From a virus, in UHGV virus genome UHGV-0116669: a stretch of DNA of 45,689 nt. The stretch is one strand, 5' to 3'. A program made the position numbers and the translations under genes. Positions 29,608 through 39,104 of this stretch are shown piece after piece (position 1 is the first letter of the stretch; every line of letters starts with the position of its first letter). The notes under the pieces were generated by a model that was not told the origin of the DNA, ran no database searches, and saw only the letters and a program-made list of their open reading frames with translations.

Positions 29608-30050
29608 TGTCCGGTCAAAATATTACGTCGGCAGACGCGATCATTGAGCTGGTAATCGCTGAGCTCTACCCGTCCGGGTTTAACCTGGAGCAGTTCGAAG
29701 CGCAGAACATCTTCGAAATGGGTGATACCGACACGGCAGAGTACCAGCGTACTGCTGACGGGAAACTGCTGGGCGGTTTTGTTTATGGTGATCTGCCGTG
29801 GACATTCCATCTGGCTGCATCCTCACCGTCGATTAAGTACATCGACAACTGGCAAACCACGCAGATGACCACGCGGTCTGTGCTGCGTGTTAATGGGACG
29901 GTGATCCTGCCGTCGCTGGGCAAAAAGTACATCATGACCAACGGCATCCTGCAGCGTGCACGCCGCATGCCATCTGCCGGCCGTGTTCTTCAGCCGGTAA
30001 CTGGACTCATCCAGTGGGAAACTGTTACCCCAGCAGACTACTCAGCATAA
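29607..30050 (+). CDS. tail tube protein (DUF3277-like)
   Basis: 147 aa directly after the sheath; ATGA overlap. Confidence 0.6.
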   Translation: MSGQNITSADAIIELVIAELYPSGFNLEQFEAQNIFEMGDTDTAEYQRTADGKLLGGFVYGDLPWTFHLAASSPSIKYIDNWQTTQMTTRSVLRVNGTVILPSLGKKYIMTNGILQRARRMPSAGRVLQPVTGLIQWETVTPADYSA

Positions 30051-30057
30051 AAAAATC

Positions 30058-30083
30058 AGCCCGGCTAAGTCCGGGCTTTTTTA
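30058..30083 (+). terminator. rho-independent terminator (AGCCCGG-CTAAGT-CCGGGCT plus T6)
   Basis: Hairpin plus T-run right after the tube gene. Confidence 0.65.
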
Positions 30084-30229
30084 TACCCGCAATACCCCGC
30101 GCTTCACACGCGCACATCACAACACAGAACCTTTCAGGATGACCCTTGAGGATACCGGTTTGGCTATCGGTGCCTTTCTGTGGGCCGGATTCCTGTGTGA
30201 CAAGGTTCATCACTAAAAGGTAAGCCGAT

Positions 30230-30787
30230 ATGAAATATCCAACAGTAATTAATGGGTTAGACTTCCGCGATCTGATTTTTGTGGCCGATAACGACCCGGT
30301 AACTGACTCGTTTATGGTGGCTAAGGCATTTGGAAAGCGTCCTGACAACGTTATTCGTGATATCGAAAAAACTATTAAGGCATGCCCTGAAGAGTTCGAT
30401 ACAAAACTCAATTTTGAGGTTTGCTATAAAAACAATGAGTTGCAGAACGGAAAGCCGCAGAAGTTCTATCGCCTCCGCAAAGATGGATTGATGCTTCTGG
30501 TTATGTCCTACACCAAAAAAGAGGCGATGCGTATCAAGATCGCCTACATCAACGCCTTCAACTGGATGTACGCGATGCTTCAGGTTGGGCGGCGCCAGTT
30601 TGAAGAAGAGCGTAACGCCGTCATGCTGGAGTTCCTTAAAGAGAAGGATGTTGCCAGTATGTCTGGTCGTCTGTTGCGCCGGTGGGGGAAAGAGAAGAAG
30701 CCCCAGCTACTTTCACGCATTGAGCAACTGGACAAGCAAGGTCAGTTGGCATTGCCCGGTTTTCCTGGTGCGCTTACCGAATCATGA
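30230..30787 (+). CDS. rha: Rha-family phage regulatory protein, inserted as a moron in the tail cluster
   Basis: N-terminal FVADNDPVTDSFMVAKAFGKRPDNVIRDI matches the Phage_pRha domain; own upstream non-coding region and two downstream terminators. Confidence 0.7.
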   Translation: MKYPTVINGLDFRDLIFVADNDPVTDSFMVAKAFGKRPDNVIRDIEKTIKACPEEFDTKLNFEVCYKNNELQNGKPQKFYRLRKDGLMLLVMSYTKKEAMRIKIAYINAFNWMYAMLQVGRRQFEEERNAVMLEFLKEKDVASMSGRLLRRWGKEKKPQLLSRIEQLDKQGQLALPGFPGALTES

Positions 30788-30836
30788 AAACCACAAATTC
30801 GTGGTTTTTGAATGGCCCACTACGGTGGGCTTTTTT
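30787..30836 (+). terminator. tandem rho-independent terminators (AAAACCAC-AAATTC-GTGGTTTTT and GCCCAC-TACG-GTGGGC plus T6)
   Basis: Two hairpins, each followed by a T-run. Confidence 0.6.
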
Positions 30837-30866
30837 ATTGCCAAAAAACTCATTCAGGAAACAAAA

Positions 30867-31343
30867 ATGGCTCGTAAAAGCATCGTATTCACGGTTGAAG
30901 CAGATAACCGTGACAAGGGTAAGCAGTTCAAAATCACCGAAATGCCGGCGAGAAAGGCCGAAGAGTGGGCGATCCGCCTGGCGTGCGCCGTGATTGGCGC
31001 CGGCGTTACCGTTCCCGAAAATATGATGATGGCCATCAGTGCTGCGGTGGCGCCGGCCCCAGCCGAGGATAACGCAGAAGCTCGCGAGCTGTATGAAAGC
31101 GTGATGGCCAGCGGCATGGCAGGTCTCGCTCAGTGGGGTATCACTTCACTGGCTAAAGTTCCGTTCGCACAGTCAAAGCCTCTGCTTGATGAGCTGCTTG
31201 GCTGCGTGAAATTCCTCGGGGGTAACGGTATCGAGACAGCGCTTGTTGACGAAGGGCAGATCGAAGAAATCAGCACCTGGTCACGCCTGAAAATCGAAGC
31301 CTTCAAACTCCATATCGCTTTTGTAGCAGCCACCGCAAGTTAG
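30867..31343 (+). CDS. tail assembly chaperone (G-like)
   Basis: 158 aa; start at the internal ATG with a CAGGAAACAAAA RBS; lies between the tube and the tape measure. Confidence 0.55.
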   Translation: MARKSIVFTVEADNRDKGKQFKITEMPARKAEEWAIRLACAVIGAGVTVPENMMMAISAAVAPAPAEDNAEARELYESVMASGMAGLAQWGITSLAKVPFAQSKPLLDELLGCVKFLGGNGIETALVDEGQIEEISTWSRLKIEAFKLHIAFVAATAS

Positions 31344-31564
31344 AAATCCCCTTATCCGTTCCTGAAGATTCAGATCGCGGCTTCATACAGTATGCGAATG
31401 TACCGCGCACCATCGCCGCGGTGATCTCCGGGAAAATGGCGACACTCCACGAACTGGACACCGTATACAGCGTCCAGGATATGTGGTGGCTGATTGAAAT
31501 AATGACCGTGGATAACACCAACAGAGCCATAGCGGAGAGTGATCATGGCAGCAACGGTAATTGA
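31320..31564 (+). other. putative -1 programmed-frameshift extension of the tail assembly chaperone (GT-like fusion), open to TGA at 31562-31564
   Basis: The -1 frame stays open from before the chaperone stop through 31564; encoded ...ELDTVYSVQDMWWLIEIMTVDN...; possible slip at GCTTTTG (31317-31323). Confidence 0.4.
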
Positions 31565-33470
31565 CGCCCTCCTGGTGACGCTGGGCCTTGATGCTTCTCA
31601 GTTCCGCAAAGGCCAGCAGGAAGTCAGTGACGACCTGAAAAAGCAGCGCGAAGACGCCAAAAACACCGCCAAGGAAATGGCGGAGCAGGGCAAGAAAGCC
31701 GCTTCGTTCTTCAGCAGCATAAAGACGGAGCTGCTGGCACTGACTGGCGTTACCGTCACTGCTGGCGGCCTGATAAGCTTTGTGAAAAGCACCACTTCCG
31801 GCCTTATGGATTTGTCGATCCAGTCGAAAGCGCTGGGGCTATCGGCCCGTGAGCTTGACGGTTGGTCAAAGTCAGCAGAGGCAGCGGGGAGTTCAGCTGA
31901 GAAGATAAGCGCTTCTCTGCAGGGATTTCAGGGCGCCATACAGGGCGCGAGGGTCGGCGATTACAGTAGCTCTATTTTTGGTGGTCTGGCGCAATTAAAT
32001 GCGCTAACAGGCCAGAATTTTGACGTGTGGGGACAGGACGCCAGTTCTCTGGCCAAAACATCCCTTGATGCGCTACGGAAAATCAGCGATCCAAACCTTC
32101 GCCGGCAGGTCGGGTTAAGTCTTGGATTTGATGATGCAACCTTGCAGCGTAATCAGGAAGGGAAATTCCTGCCTGACGTTGATCGCCTGACTAAAAACTC
32201 AGGGATTTCTGATGAGTCAATAAACGGGGCCAAGGAATTCAATTCTGCATGGGCTGAATTAAACCAGAACCTTGATACCACAAAAAACCAGTTTTATACC
32301 TTCCTGATCCCGTATGTCCGCGAGTTCAATGGCGTACTTCTTCAGTTATCAAACTGGATGAAATCTCATCCAGATGAGATGAGACAAAAAGTCGAGTCCT
32401 TTTTTGGAGCCATTGAGAGCGGAGCTAAGGTGGCAGATAACGCTGCGAGATCTGTTGGTGGTTGGGAAAACGCGATCAAGCTACTCATAGGCTTAAAGGT
32501 TGCGACATGGGTGATGGGAATCACAAAGGCTTTTACTGGATTGTTCGCCCTCACACCACCTGCGTGGTTTGTCGCTGCCAGTGCTGTGGGGGTAGGGGCT
32601 TATCAGAACATATCGAATGCCGCAACCAAAGCAGACCATACTGATTCTCTTTGGGAGTCAATAAAACAGCGCTGGTCTGCAGGTGGTTGGTATAACAACC
32701 AGCAAAATATACAAGCTGTATCACCAGAGCAAAGGAAGAAAGATCAGGATGAGCGCTCATTCTGGGAATCAACTAAAAATCTTCTTTCACAGGCTGTGAA
32801 TGCATTAATTTCTCCGGCTGGGGCAGCATCCATGCAGCCAAATATTGTTGGCGGCTACCAGCCCAACGTTCCGCTTAACGCGCAGGCCGCTCGCCTTGGC
32901 GCCAAAGGAAGGGCATTTCTTCAGGCAATGGCTGGCGAGTTTGGTGCGCTGGAGGGTAAATATGGACTCCCCGCTGGGCTGCTGTCTTCGGTGGCTGGTA
33001 CTGAATCAGGTGGTGACCCGTTCGCAGTATCCCCCAAAGGGGCGAAAGGCCCATTCCAGTTTATGGATGGAACTGCCAGAGATTTGGGTTTGAAGGGGAT
33101 GGACGTTTATGACCCCCACAAGTCAGCTGATGCCGCTGCAAGATACTTGCGCTATCTGCTGGATGCTACTGGTGGCGATCTGGAAAAAGCCCTTGCCTCC
33201 TATAACTGGGGGCTCGGAAACGTCCAGAAGAAAGGCATGGATAACCTGCCGTCGGAAACTCGCAATTACGTCCCAAAAGTCATGGCCGGAATGCGCCCCG
33301 GCGCCGGGATGGCTGTAGACCGCTCGATGCCCGGGCAGTCCGGTGCGACTTATCAGTTTTATGGCACCAAAATCACCACCCAGGCCCAGAACGTGGAACA
33401 GCTTACCAGCGACATCAAAAAGCACGGCGACAACCGTGTCATGCTTTTGGCTGGCTACTCAGGACAATAA
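31539..33470 (+). CDS. tail tape measure protein with a C-terminal lytic transglycosylase (SLT) domain
   Basis: 643 aa, Ala/Gly-rich and helical; C-terminal AGTESGGDP...GAKGPFQFM...YNWG resembles SLT catalytic motifs. Confidence 0.7.
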   Translation: MIMAATVIDALLVTLGLDASQFRKGQQEVSDDLKKQREDAKNTAKEMAEQGKKAASFFSSIKTELLALTGVTVTAGGLISFVKSTTSGLMDLSIQSKALGLSARELDGWSKSAEAAGSSAEKISASLQGFQGAIQGARVGDYSSSIFGGLAQLNALTGQNFDVWGQDASSLAKTSLDALRKISDPNLRRQVGLSLGFDDATLQRNQEGKFLPDVDRLTKNSGISDESINGAKEFNSAWAELNQNLDTTKNQFYTFLIPYVREFNGVLLQLSNWMKSHPDEMRQKVESFFGAIESGAKVADNAARSVGGWENAIKLLIGLKVATWVMGITKAFTGLFALTPPAWFVAASAVGVGAYQNISNAATKADHTDSLWESIKQRWSAGGWYNNQQNIQAVSPEQRKKDQDERSFWESTKNLLSQAVNALISPAGAASMQPNIVGGYQPNVPLNAQAARLGAKGRAFLQAMAGEFGALEGKYGLPAGLLSSVAGTESGGDPFAVSPKGAKGPFQFMDGTARDLGLKGMDVYDPHKSADAAARYLRYLLDATGGDLEKALASYNWGLGNVQKKGMDNLPSETRNYVPKVMAGMRPGAGMAVDRSMPGQSGATYQFYGTKITTQAQNVEQLTSDIKKHGDNRVMLLAGYSGQ

Positions 33471-33473
33471 CTC

Positions 33474-34313
33474 ATGTCGTTTTCTCTGAATGTCTCGACA
33501 GTGCTATCCGCCATTCAGGGAGGAAGCCTGTTATCCGTCCTTAACAGCGCCCTGTCGCCAACTTACCGGATCACCTATAACACCGTTGACGAGTCGCTTT
33601 TGACGGCTGCAGCCGGGCAGGAGGTTTTCTCTCCTTCCGGCTGGGTTAGTGTTGATCGCTACGGTGATGCGGCGGTAACTAAGGGGCCGGTAGAAAAGGG
33701 CCGGTACACGTCCTACAACAAAGTGAAACAGCCGTCTGAACTGAGGATCATTTTTGCCCTTGAGGGATGGACGGCTTTTTCCGGGTCACTGCCTAACCTG
33801 ACCAATTTCTCTCTGCTAAGCCGGAACAATTTCATTCAGAAACTGGATGAGATGAAAAACACGGCCAGCACCTACAACATCGAGACGCCGGACACGGTGT
33901 ATTACAGCTACGATCTGACCCACTTCGATTATTTTGTGGGGTCATATCGCGGGCAGACGTTGTTGATGGCGAACTGCACTTTCGAGGAGATCATGGACGG
34001 CGGGGAGGTCATGCTTTCAAATGCTGTTATTGAAGGGCCGCCGACCAGCAACGCGAAAACCAACAATGGCGCCGCAGCCTCAACGCAGGTGATCACCGGG
34101 GCAACGAAAGAGGTGACATTGAGCGATGTTAAGAATGCCTGGTCAAGTGCAGATACAACCTTATCAGACGCTCTTCAGACGACTGGGGCGGCGATTGTGT
34201 CTAACGTTAACTCGGCAGCCGAGTCGGTATCTAAGTCGTGGGACAGCTCTTCTACTGCAGTTTCTAAGCAGATAAAAAGCACCGTCTCCGACTTTCTGGA
34301 AAAGGTGATGTGA
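33474..34313 (+). CDS. tail/baseplate structural protein
   Basis: 279 aa directly after the tape measure gene. Confidence 0.45.
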   Translation: MSFSLNVSTVLSAIQGGSLLSVLNSALSPTYRITYNTVDESLLTAAAGQEVFSPSGWVSVDRYGDAAVTKGPVEKGRYTSYNKVKQPSELRIIFALEGWTAFSGSLPNLTNFSLLSRNNFIQKLDEMKNTASTYNIETPDTVYYSYDLTHFDYFVGSYRGQTLLMANCTFEEIMDGGEVMLSNAVIEGPPTSNAKTNNGAAASTQVITGATKEVTLSDVKNAWSSADTTLSDALQTTGAAIVSNVNSAAESVSKSWDSSSTAVSKQIKSTVSDFLEKVM

Positions 34314-34314
34314 C

Positions 34315-34620
34315 ATGCAGGAAATTAGCTTATCACCGTCACTATCCCAAAAGGTCTATGTCACGCTTGGCGGCCAGAACTGCGCGATCAAGTTACATCA
34401 GCGTTCAACCGGGTTTTACGCCGATCTGTATGTCGATGACAAGCCGATATTTCAGGGTGTTCTCTGCCTGAACTGCGTTTACCTGGTTCGGTATAAATAT
34501 CTGGGGTTCAGTGGCGATCTGGTTTTCGTTGACTCAAAAGGTACAGCCGATCCTTATTACGACGAAATCGGCACCAGATTCAAGCTGTATTATGCGACGA
34601 GCAGTGAGGTCGGCAGATGA
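34315..34620 (+). CDS. small tail/baseplate protein
   Basis: 101-aa ORF. Confidence 0.4.
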   Translation: MQEISLSPSLSQKVYVTLGGQNCAIKLHQRSTGFYADLYVDDKPIFQGVLCLNCVYLVRYKYLGFSGDLVFVDSKGTADPYYDEIGTRFKLYYATSSEVGR

Positions 34621-35486
34621 GTTACAAGGAGAGAGAACTTACCGTATCGTTCACGCTGGCCAACGGTACGTTTGACGGTGGCATTGGTAACACGCTGACG
34701 GTTAAAGGCTTCAAGTGTGAAGCTGCTATATCTGCCTTTGGCGGCGCTACAGGCACAATGATGGAGCTAAGCCTGTGGGGCCTGTCGCTGGAGAACATGG
34801 CCAAGCTGACGACCAACGCGCAAAAAATAATCGCCTCCGAGCAAAATGCTATCGTCGTTTATGCTGGCGACACCCGTGTTTTTTCCGGGTCAATAACATC
34901 AGCCAGGATTAACCTGAACCAGATGCCGGATGCGCCGATTGAGATAACCGCGGCGGCCGCCGGCAGGGAGCGCCTGATCCCCTGTGAGCCCACATCCATT
35001 CGCGGCGATGCGGATGTGGCTGATATGATTCGCGCTCTTGCCTTTAAAGTTGGCCTGAAATTCATCAATGTCGACGTCAAAAGCACCGAGCGCAACCCGG
35101 TGTACAAAGGCAATGCTATAAAGCAGATCATTGAAATAGCAGCTGCGCATAAAATAACGGTAAATATTGATTTTGGCACCGTCACTATTTACACCGGGAA
35201 GAAACCCTCTGACTCTGTCGTTCCATATGTTTCTCCATCAACAGGGCTTATTGGGTATCCGATTTTTTATGACATGGGAATTAACTTTCGCTGCATTTAC
35301 TCTCCATCTCTGAAACTGAATACCAAAATCATCCTTGAGACTGACCTGCCGCACGCAAGCGGGGAGTGGATTATTCAGGCAGGAACTACTCATTATCTTT
35401 CCTGTAAAGTTCCCGGTGGCCTGTGGGAAACGTTCGTTGTGGCCGCGCCTGGGTATCTTGTAAAAGGGGATGAAAATGCTAACTAA
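34617..35486 (+). CDS. baseplate hub-like protein
   Basis: 289 aa; position before the spike gene as in Mu-like tails. Confidence 0.45.
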   Translation: MSYKERELTVSFTLANGTFDGGIGNTLTVKGFKCEAAISAFGGATGTMMELSLWGLSLENMAKLTTNAQKIIASEQNAIVVYAGDTRVFSGSITSARINLNQMPDAPIEITAAAAGRERLIPCEPTSIRGDADVADMIRALAFKVGLKFINVDVKSTERNPVYKGNAIKQIIEIAAAHKITVNIDFGTVTIYTGKKPSDSVVPYVSPSTGLIGYPIFYDMGINFRCIYSPSLKLNTKIILETDLPHASGEWIIQAGTTHYLSCKVPGGLWETFVVAAPGYLVKGDENAN

Positions 35487-36063
35487 CCAGACCCCTGAGA
35501 GTGTGTCATCGCAGGGTAACGCCATATTATCGCTGCTACATTCAGCGCTGAAAGGAATGACGTTTGTTGATATTGTTCTGGTTAGGGAGGTTGAAGGCGA
35601 TGTGTTGACCGTTCTCCCCCTGGTTAATGATGTAGACGTTTCAGGCCGGGCCATTGCCAATCAGGACGTTTACCAGATCCCATACCTCAGACTTCAGGCG
35701 GGAAACAGCGCGGTAAAAATGGAGCCAAGGCCAGGAGACATTGGTCTGGTTGTTATCTGCGACAAGGACACCACGAACGTTAGGGAAACCAGATCAGAGG
35801 GGCCCGCACCAACTCAGCGCCGCCACTCGTATTCCGATGCGATGTACATAACCGCAATAGCCAGCATGAATGGGGAACCTACTGAATTTGCTGAATTTAC
35901 TGGAAGTGGCATAAATATAAAAAGCCCTGGCGTGGTTAACATCAATGGCTTGAAAGTCCACTCAGATGGCAAACTTGAGCTTGTCGATGGCTCTATCGTT
36001 GATGGGCATGACCATGGCGGGGTAATATCAGGTGGAAGCCGAACCGATCCCCTGGAGCCGTGA
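35470..36063 (+). CDS. baseplate spike protein (gpV / Mu gp45-like)
   Basis: 197 aa; position; C-terminal Gly/His-rich tip DGHDHGGVISGG. Confidence 0.5.
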   Translation: MKMLTNQTPESVSSQGNAILSLLHSALKGMTFVDIVLVREVEGDVLTVLPLVNDVDVSGRAIANQDVYQIPYLRLQAGNSAVKMEPRPGDIGLVVICDKDTTNVRETRSEGPAPTQRRHSYSDAMYITAIASMNGEPTEFAEFTGSGINIKSPGVVNINGLKVHSDGKLELVDGSIVDGHDHGGVISGGSRTDPLEP

Positions 36064-36851
36064 TGAAAAAATTAATAGTCATTTCAGCATTTATCCTTTT
36101 TGCCTTATCTCCGCCAGCCATATCAAAGCAGATAACATCACATTTAAAAATGGTTGATGGCTATTTTAATGGAATTCTCACGGCAAATGATGACGAGCCG
36201 ATATGGTTTGGTATCTTAGAGTTTGACTTTTTGGGCGGCCAGCACCTAACCTGCAGAATGGACTCAATGCATACCTCCGGAGATGCGCCGGACAGGATGT
36301 CGTCAGTTAACTACCGTTGCCAAAACGGGTTTTCTGTCCAGCTATCAAAAAAAGAAAATGAAAGGTACGCTACTTTAAGCCTACAAAACATAAACTTCGA
36401 CAGTGGCGATGAAAGGCAGTTAGGTAGTTACAAGGTTACCTCTTCAATCCCTTTAACGATGATTGAAAATAATAAATATAATGATGATTTGTTCAATAAG
36501 AGGAACTCCGAGAGGGAGCGATGGATAAAGGAAAATACTGTTGACGTTTTTTCAGCGTGCGACATTATTATGTCATCCCACCTTCTGGCTTATCAAATGG
36601 TAAATACTGGAACACAAAATAACAGCGCAGGCAGGAATGAAATAAGGGATGCGCTGTCAAAACTTTACCCAAAAAATGCGGATGAAATGGCTCAATCCTT
36701 TATAAGCTTTCACTCTGGAGACAAAGAGCCTTTCGGGATGCCGCTTACATTTGGAGTTAAGGGGCGCATGATTAAAATGTGCATGGATCAGCCTGGTGAT
36801 TACATTCCTGAGTTTGGCTCGCTGGTCATGTCAGGTAAAATATTCAGATAA
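36063..36851 (+). CDS. secreted/periplasmic protein of unknown function (low-GC moron)
   Basis: Signal peptide MKKLIVISAFILFALSPPAISKQ; markedly AT-rich codons compared with flanking genes; own terminator; interrupts the baseplate cluster. Confidence 0.5.
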   Translation: MKKLIVISAFILFALSPPAISKQITSHLKMVDGYFNGILTANDDEPIWFGILEFDFLGGQHLTCRMDSMHTSGDAPDRMSSVNYRCQNGFSVQLSKKENERYATLSLQNINFDSGDERQLGSYKVTSSIPLTMIENNKYNDDLFNKRNSERERWIKENTVDVFSACDIIMSSHLLAYQMVNTGTQNNSAGRNEIRDALSKLYPKNADEMAQSFISFHSGDKEPFGMPLTFGVKGRMIKMCMDQPGDYIPEFGSLVMSGKIFR

Positions 36852-36890
36852 AAATCTCTTATTTATAAACCACAGTAATTAAACAATAGA

Positions 36891-36913
36891 CCTCGCTTCG
36901 GCGGGGTTTTTTT
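36891..36913 (+). terminator. rho-independent terminator (CCTCGC-TTCG-GCGGGG plus T7)
   Basis: Hairpin plus T-run after the moron. Confidence 0.6.
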
Positions 36914-36926
36914 ATGGGCGAAATCC

Positions 36927-37283
36927 ATGAAAACAATATCTCTCAAACTCGATCCCGACACCTGGGATCTTGTCCTTGATGAGCTGGGTAATATCGCCAC
37001 GGTTGAAAATCCCTACGCCTGCGCTCAGGACGTGGCGACGGCATGCCTGGCCATACGCGGCGAGTGCATTTACGAAAAAGACACCGGCGTTAATTACAAA
37101 GAGCTTCTGAACGTTAAGGCCAGCACCGGCGCCATGGCGGCCGCGCTTCAGGTTGAAGCGTTGCGGATGAGCTATATCGCGCGCGCTGAGCCGACGCTGA
37201 TTAACAACCGCGATACGCGCCGCACTACCGGCGTTATTGCGATCGTGGATACCAACGGCCTGGATTCCAGCGTCACCCTGTGA
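36927..37283 (+). CDS. baseplate wedge protein (gp25/GpW-like)
   Basis: 118 aa, immediately upstream of the baseplate J gene. Confidence 0.45.
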   Translation: MKTISLKLDPDTWDLVLDELGNIATVENPYACAQDVATACLAIRGECIYEKDTGVNYKELLNVKASTGAMAAALQVEALRMSYIARAEPTLINNRDTRRTTGVIAIVDTNGLDSSVTL

Positions 37284-37290
37284 GGAAAAA

Positions 37291-38523
37291 ATGACGACAA
37301 TCTCTACGGCGGTACCGGCCGTGACATTTTCCACCACTGGCCTTGATGTTCCAGATGAGGGAGACATTCTTGCCGGGCGTATAGCAGATATTGGTTCTGC
37401 ATTCGGGACGGCGATGAGCACGAACCTCAAGACGCCGCAGGGGCAACTGGCGGTCACTGATACTGCAATCATCGCAGACAAGAATGATCAGCTTCTGGCT
37501 ATCGTCAACAACATGAACCCGGACTTTTCCTCCGGCAGATTTCAGGATGGCATCGGTAGGATTTACTTCCTCGATCGCATTGCTGCTGCGGGTACGGTTG
37601 TAACAGCCACATGCTCCGGCGTACCGGGAACGGTGATCCCGGCACAGTCCTATGCAACCGACGATAACGGTTATATGTACGTGTCCCTGGCAGCAGGAAC
37701 GATAGGCGCCGACGGGACGGTAAAGATCGAGTTCCAGAACCTGACTACCGGGCCGATAGCTTGTCCCATCGGTACCCTGACAAACATCTATGTCGCGGTA
37801 AGTGGCTGGTCGAGTATCACCAACGAGACCGCGGGTGTGCCGGGCTCGAATGTTGAAGGGAGATCTGCATTTGAGTATCGCCGTCGCCAGTCAGTGGCAC
37901 GTAACGCCTTCAACACGGCAGCGGCTGTGCGGGCTTCCGTTCTGGAAGTCGACGGGGTGCTTGATGTTTATGTCATCGACAACAAAGAGCCCACTTCTGT
38001 CGAAAAAGGTTCCACGAATTACACGCTGCTTGCCAGCTCGATTTATATCGGGGTTTATGGCGGGGCAGTGGCAGACATTGCAGCGGCCATCAATAAAAAA
38101 CTTCCCCCGGGCACCGTTATGAACGGTGACACCACCGGGACCGTGCAGGATACCGAAAATTATGACGCCCCTTATCCGGAGTACACTTACAGGTGGAAAA
38201 CGCTGGACGCGGTGAGTGTTCATATCAAGGTGGAATACGAGGCGAATGATGGCCTTCCGTCAGATATCAACGAGCAGATCAGAACGGTCGTCCTGAATGC
38301 CTTCACCGGAGCAGATGGCGGTACCCGGGCGCGTGCCGGCGCGCGAATTTATGGCAGCCGGTATATCGGACCTATCCAAGCGCTTGATGCACAGAACATG
38401 AACGTTCTTTCTGTCCAGGTCTCTCTGGACGGAACCACCTGGTCTAGTGCGCTGACTATGGGGATAGATCAGGAGCCGACTCTCGATGCGACAAACATCA
38501 TAACGGAGGCGGTAAGTGAATAA
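37291..38523 (+). CDS. baseplate J-family protein
   Basis: 410 aa from the ATG with GAGGAAAAA RBS; size and position typical of Baseplate_J. Confidence 0.65.
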   Translation: MTTISTAVPAVTFSTTGLDVPDEGDILAGRIADIGSAFGTAMSTNLKTPQGQLAVTDTAIIADKNDQLLAIVNNMNPDFSSGRFQDGIGRIYFLDRIAAAGTVVTATCSGVPGTVIPAQSYATDDNGYMYVSLAAGTIGADGTVKIEFQNLTTGPIACPIGTLTNIYVAVSGWSSITNETAGVPGSNVEGRSAFEYRRRQSVARNAFNTAAAVRASVLEVDGVLDVYVIDNKEPTSVEKGSTNYTLLASSIYIGVYGGAVADIAAAINKKLPPGTVMNGDTTGTVQDTENYDAPYPEYTYRWKTLDAVSVHIKVEYEANDGLPSDINEQIRTVVLNAFTGADGGTRARAGARIYGSRYIGPIQALDAQNMNVLSVQVSLDGTTWSSALTMGIDQEPTLDATNIITEAVSE

Positions 38524-39103
38524 TGTCGACTGGACGATCTACGCGCAGTACGTGAACTCAACCAGCCTGCGGTCACTGATTGACACCTTTAACGCTTCTG
38601 TAGCGCCAGAGGACTGGATAGACACGTTCTATGACCTCGTATTCAACATCGAGACCTGCGGCGATTACGGTCTGATGTGCTGGGGTAAAATCGTTGATGT
38701 AGAGCGTTTGCTGACTGTGACGCCATCCCAGCAGTTTCTGGGGTTTGGCGAAGCGACCAGCACCCCGGCAGAACTCACCGACCCGCAACCCTTTAACCAG
38801 GCGCCTTTCTATACCGGCGTGCAGGACACGAACACTGTGGTCCTGACCAATGAGGCATACCGTAAGCTGATCATGTGCAAAGCCATGGCAAACATCAGCG
38901 ACTGCACTGTGCCGGTCATGAATCGCATGCTGGTGTACATGTTTGGCGCCAGCGGACGAGCTTACGTGCGTGATGATGGCAACCATGTCATGAGCTACGT
39001 ATTTGAATTCGCCCTGTCAGATGTAGAGTTAGCCATAGTACAGAGTTCCGGGGCGCTTCCTTCCCCTCCCGGAGTAAAAGTAAACATCATTCAGGAGGTC
39101 TGA
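38516..39103 (+). CDS. baseplate/tail protein (gpI-like, DUF2612-like)
   Basis: 195 aa between the J gene and the tail fiber. Confidence 0.45.
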   Translation: MNNVDWTIYAQYVNSTSLRSLIDTFNASVAPEDWIDTFYDLVFNIETCGDYGLMCWGKIVDVERLLTVTPSQQFLGFGEATSTPAELTDPQPFNQAPFYTGVQDTNTVVLTNEAYRKLIMCKAMANISDCTVPVMNRMLVYMFGASGRAYVRDDGNHVMSYVFEFALSDVELAIVQSSGALPSPPGVKVNIIQEV

Positions 39104-39104
39104 A

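Noticed and set aside
30139-30216. 25-aa hydrophobic micro-ORF (MTLEDTGLAIGAFLWAGFLCDKVHH) in the rha leader
   Set aside because: AGG lies directly adjacent to the ATG, giving poor SD spacing. It is too short to support without expression data. It is mentioned only under the Rha finding.
31303-31530. 75-aa minus-strand ORF between the tail chaperone and the tape measure
   Set aside because: The region is better explained by the -1 frameshift extension of the chaperone on the plus strand.
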